DNA of 32,000 bases, taken from positions 2,340,001 to 2,372,000 of the forward strand of contig CP126532.1 of assembly GCA_030167145.1 (NCBI GenBank). Direction: 5' to 3'. The DNA comes from Ktedonobacterales bacterium (GTDB lineage: Bacteria; Chloroflexota; Ktedonobacteria; Ktedonobacterales; JADMIN01). The position numbers were made by a program, and so were the translations under genes. Below the pieces are notes generated by a model. It did not search any database. It was not told the DNA's origin and saw only the letters and a program-made list of their open reading frames with translations. This document shows, piece after piece, positions 30,308 through 32,000 of the stretch (positions within the stretch are counted from its first letter, which is position 1; each line of letters begins with the position of its first letter).

Positions 30308-32000
30308 ATGACCGTATCCGCTTCCATCCTGCGTGAGCGCGAGGCACAGATCCTTGCCGACGAGCGCCGCCTGGCCGAAGAACTGGGCGACTGTCTCCGC
30401 GCGTTCCAGTCGTCCAGCGAGGACGCCGAAACGCTACGCCGGGTGATCCAATCGCTGCACGAACCGTTCTTGCTTGTCGTGGCGGGCGAGTTCAATGCGG
30501 GCAAGAGCGCCTTCATCAATGCGCTGGTCGGCGAGCGGGTGCTGGCCGAGGGTGTGACGCCGACGACAGCGCACGTGACGCTGCTGCGCTACGGCGAAAC
30601 GGGCAGTTCGCGGCTGCGCGCCGATGGCATCGAGGAGATCTTCTCGCCAGCGGCCTTCCTGCGCGACATTGCCATCGTGGATACGCCGGGAACCAACGCA
30701 GTGCTGCGGCATCACGAGCAATTGACCAATGAGTTTATTCCGCGTAGCGACTTCATCCTCTTCGTCACCTCCGCCGACCGGCCCTTCACCGAGAGTGAGC
30801 GCGCCTTTCTGGATCGCATTCGCGCATGGGGCAAGAAGGTGGTGCTGGTGCTCAATAAAGTGGACCTGCTGCGCACCGCCGACGACGCCGCCGAGGTGGT
30901 GGGCTTCGTTCGCCAGCACAGCACGGCGCTGCTGGGCGCGTCGCCGGATGTGTTTCCGCTTTCGGCGCGACTCGCGCAGGAAGCCCGACAGGCCAGCGCG
31001 GGAGATGAGGGCGTGCGTCTATGGGAACAGAGCCGCATGGGCGCGCTGCGCGATCATCTGCTGCGAACGCTGGATGACGAGGGCCGCGCCCGCCTGAAGC
31101 TGCTGAGTCCGCTGGGGGTGATGCAGCGGCTGGCCGTCACGTACCAGGGCGAGGCGGCCAAACGCGCGGCGCTGCTGGATGAGGACGCGCGCACCGTCAC
31201 CAATATCGAGGCGCAGATCAGCGCCGCCGCCGAGGATATGCGCCAGGCGTTCGAGCAGCGGCTGCGGGCGGCCCGCGCGATTCTGCTGGAATTGCGTACA
31301 CGCGGCGACACATTCTTTGACGATACGGTGCGGCTGCCCAGGGTGATTGACCTGGCGCGCGGCCAGCGCATCCGCGATGAGTTCGAGCGCGAGGTGATCG
31401 CCGATACGCCCGCGCGGATCGAGGCAGCAGCCAACGACCTGATTGATTGGATGGTGGAGCAGGAGCACCGGCTGTGGCAGAACGTGAACGATTATCTCAC
31501 GCGCCGCCGCCAGACCTCGGCTTCAGCTATCGCCACGTCTGACGCGGGCAGCGATGAGCACGTGATCGGCGGCGTGGGCGCAACCTTCGACTTCACGCGC
31601 CGCGCGGTGCTGCAACGGGTCGCCACCGCCGTAGACCGCGCCGTGCAGACGTATGACCGCGACGAAGAGGCGCAACTGCTCTCGGCGTCGCTGCAATCCA
31701 CGGTGGCTACCGCTGCGCTGGTGGAGGTGGGTGCAGTGGGGCTGGGCGTGGGACTGGTGGTGCTGGTGGGGACGGCTGCCGCCGATGTGACGGGCATCCT
31801 GGCGGCGGTGGCGCTGGGCAGCCTGGGGCTGGGCATCCTGCCGTTGAAGAAGCGTCGCGCTAAGGCGCAGTTTGCTGAGCGCGTTCGCCAGCTTGACGAG
31901 AAGCTGACGGCCACGCTGCGCGAGCAATTCGAGCGGGAGCTTGAGGCGGGCGCGCAACGGCTGCGCGAAGCGCTGGCCCCGTACACACGCTTCGTGCGCA
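30308..32000 (+). CDS. bacterial dynamin-like GTPase (BDLP family), 3' end beyond window
   Basis: Absent from the ORF track because it is open-ended. My translation from ATG 30308 gives MTVSASILRE...LLVVAGEFNAGKSAFINALVG (G1), DTPG (G3), LNKVD (G4). Later a hydrophobic paddle ALVEVGAVGLGVGLVVLVGTAAADVTGILAAVALGSLGLGILPL. Confidence 0.85.
   Translation, partial: MTVSASILREREAQILADERRLAEELGDCLRAFQSSSEDAETLRRVIQSLHEPFLLVVAGEFNAGKSAFINALVGERVLAEGVTPTTAHVTLLRYGETGSSRLRADGIEEIFSPAAFLRDIAIVDTPGTNAVLRHHEQLTNEFIPRSDFILFVTSADRPFTESERAFLDRIRAWGKKVVLVLNKVDLLRTADDAAEVVGFVRQHSTALLGASPDVFPLSARLAQEARQASAGDEGVRLWEQSRMGALRDHLLRTLDDEGRARLKLLSPLGVMQRLAVTYQGEAAKRAALLDEDARTVTNIEAQISAAAEDMRQAFEQRLRAARAILLELRTRGDTFFDDTVRLPRVIDLARGQRIRDEFEREVIADTPARIEAAANDLIDWMVEQEHRLWQNVNDYLTRRRQTSASAIATSDAGSDEHVIGGVGATFDFTRRAVLQRVATAVDRAVQTYDRDEEAQLLSASLQSTVATAALVEVGAVGLGVGLVVLVGTAAADVTGILAAVALGSLGLGILPLKKRRAKAQFAERVRQLDEKLTATLREQFERELEAGAQRLREALAPYTRFVR

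Noticed and set aside
1-32000. tRNA, rRNA, CRISPR arrays, intact IS elements or integrases.
   Set aside because: I found no T-loop/acceptor-like tRNA signatures, rRNA-like conserved stretches, spaced repeats, or transposase/recombinase motifs (DDE, tyrosine or serine recombinase) on either strand by eye.

Overview
High-GC (about 60-65% by eye) bacterial DNA with several AT-richer islets. Gene content (Uma2 nuclease, SARP/BTAD regulator, Pro/Thr-rich linkers, Ser/Thr kinase with an extracellular Ig-like domain, dynamin-like GTPase, TATACT-type -10 boxes) suggests a filamentous Chloroflexota/Ktedonobacteria-like or actinobacterium-like genome. That taxonomic guess is inference only. I support about 35 protein genes. 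They include housekeeping or accessory enzymes (P-loop kinase, MddA-like membrane methyltransferase, HAD, NUDIX, VOC, ABC exporter, APC permease with a divergent Lrp regulator, MarR operon), a SARP-BTAD/alpha-beta-hydrolase fusion next to a secreted lipase operon, a CHAP peptidase, a Ser/Thr kinase and a partial dynamin-like GTPase. No tRNA, rRNA, CRISPR array or intact transposase was seen. Two accessory regions stand out. (1) 9.9-15.1 kb is a phage/plasmid-like islet with a holin-like gene, a C39-like cysteine peptidase, ParA plus a small partner, and two P22-Ant-type antirepressor paralogs. Each Ant paralog is preceded by a diverged copy of a ~210-230 nt structured RNA-like element with identical sequence blocks, position-conserved hairpins, a sequestered Shine-Dalgarno and a 3-4 codon mini-ORF. 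This is my top candidate for something undescribed. (2) 22.5-27.4 kb is a toxin-antitoxin/defence mosaic with a ParE/RelE pair, an SRA-like-HNH endonuclease, a HAD fragment, a truncated brnT with intact brnA, and an orphan antitoxin paralog. Also notable is a perfect-phase 10-bp x7 GATC-containing tandem repeat upstream of the SARP fusion gene. All family calls come from motif recognition by eye; no database searches were run.
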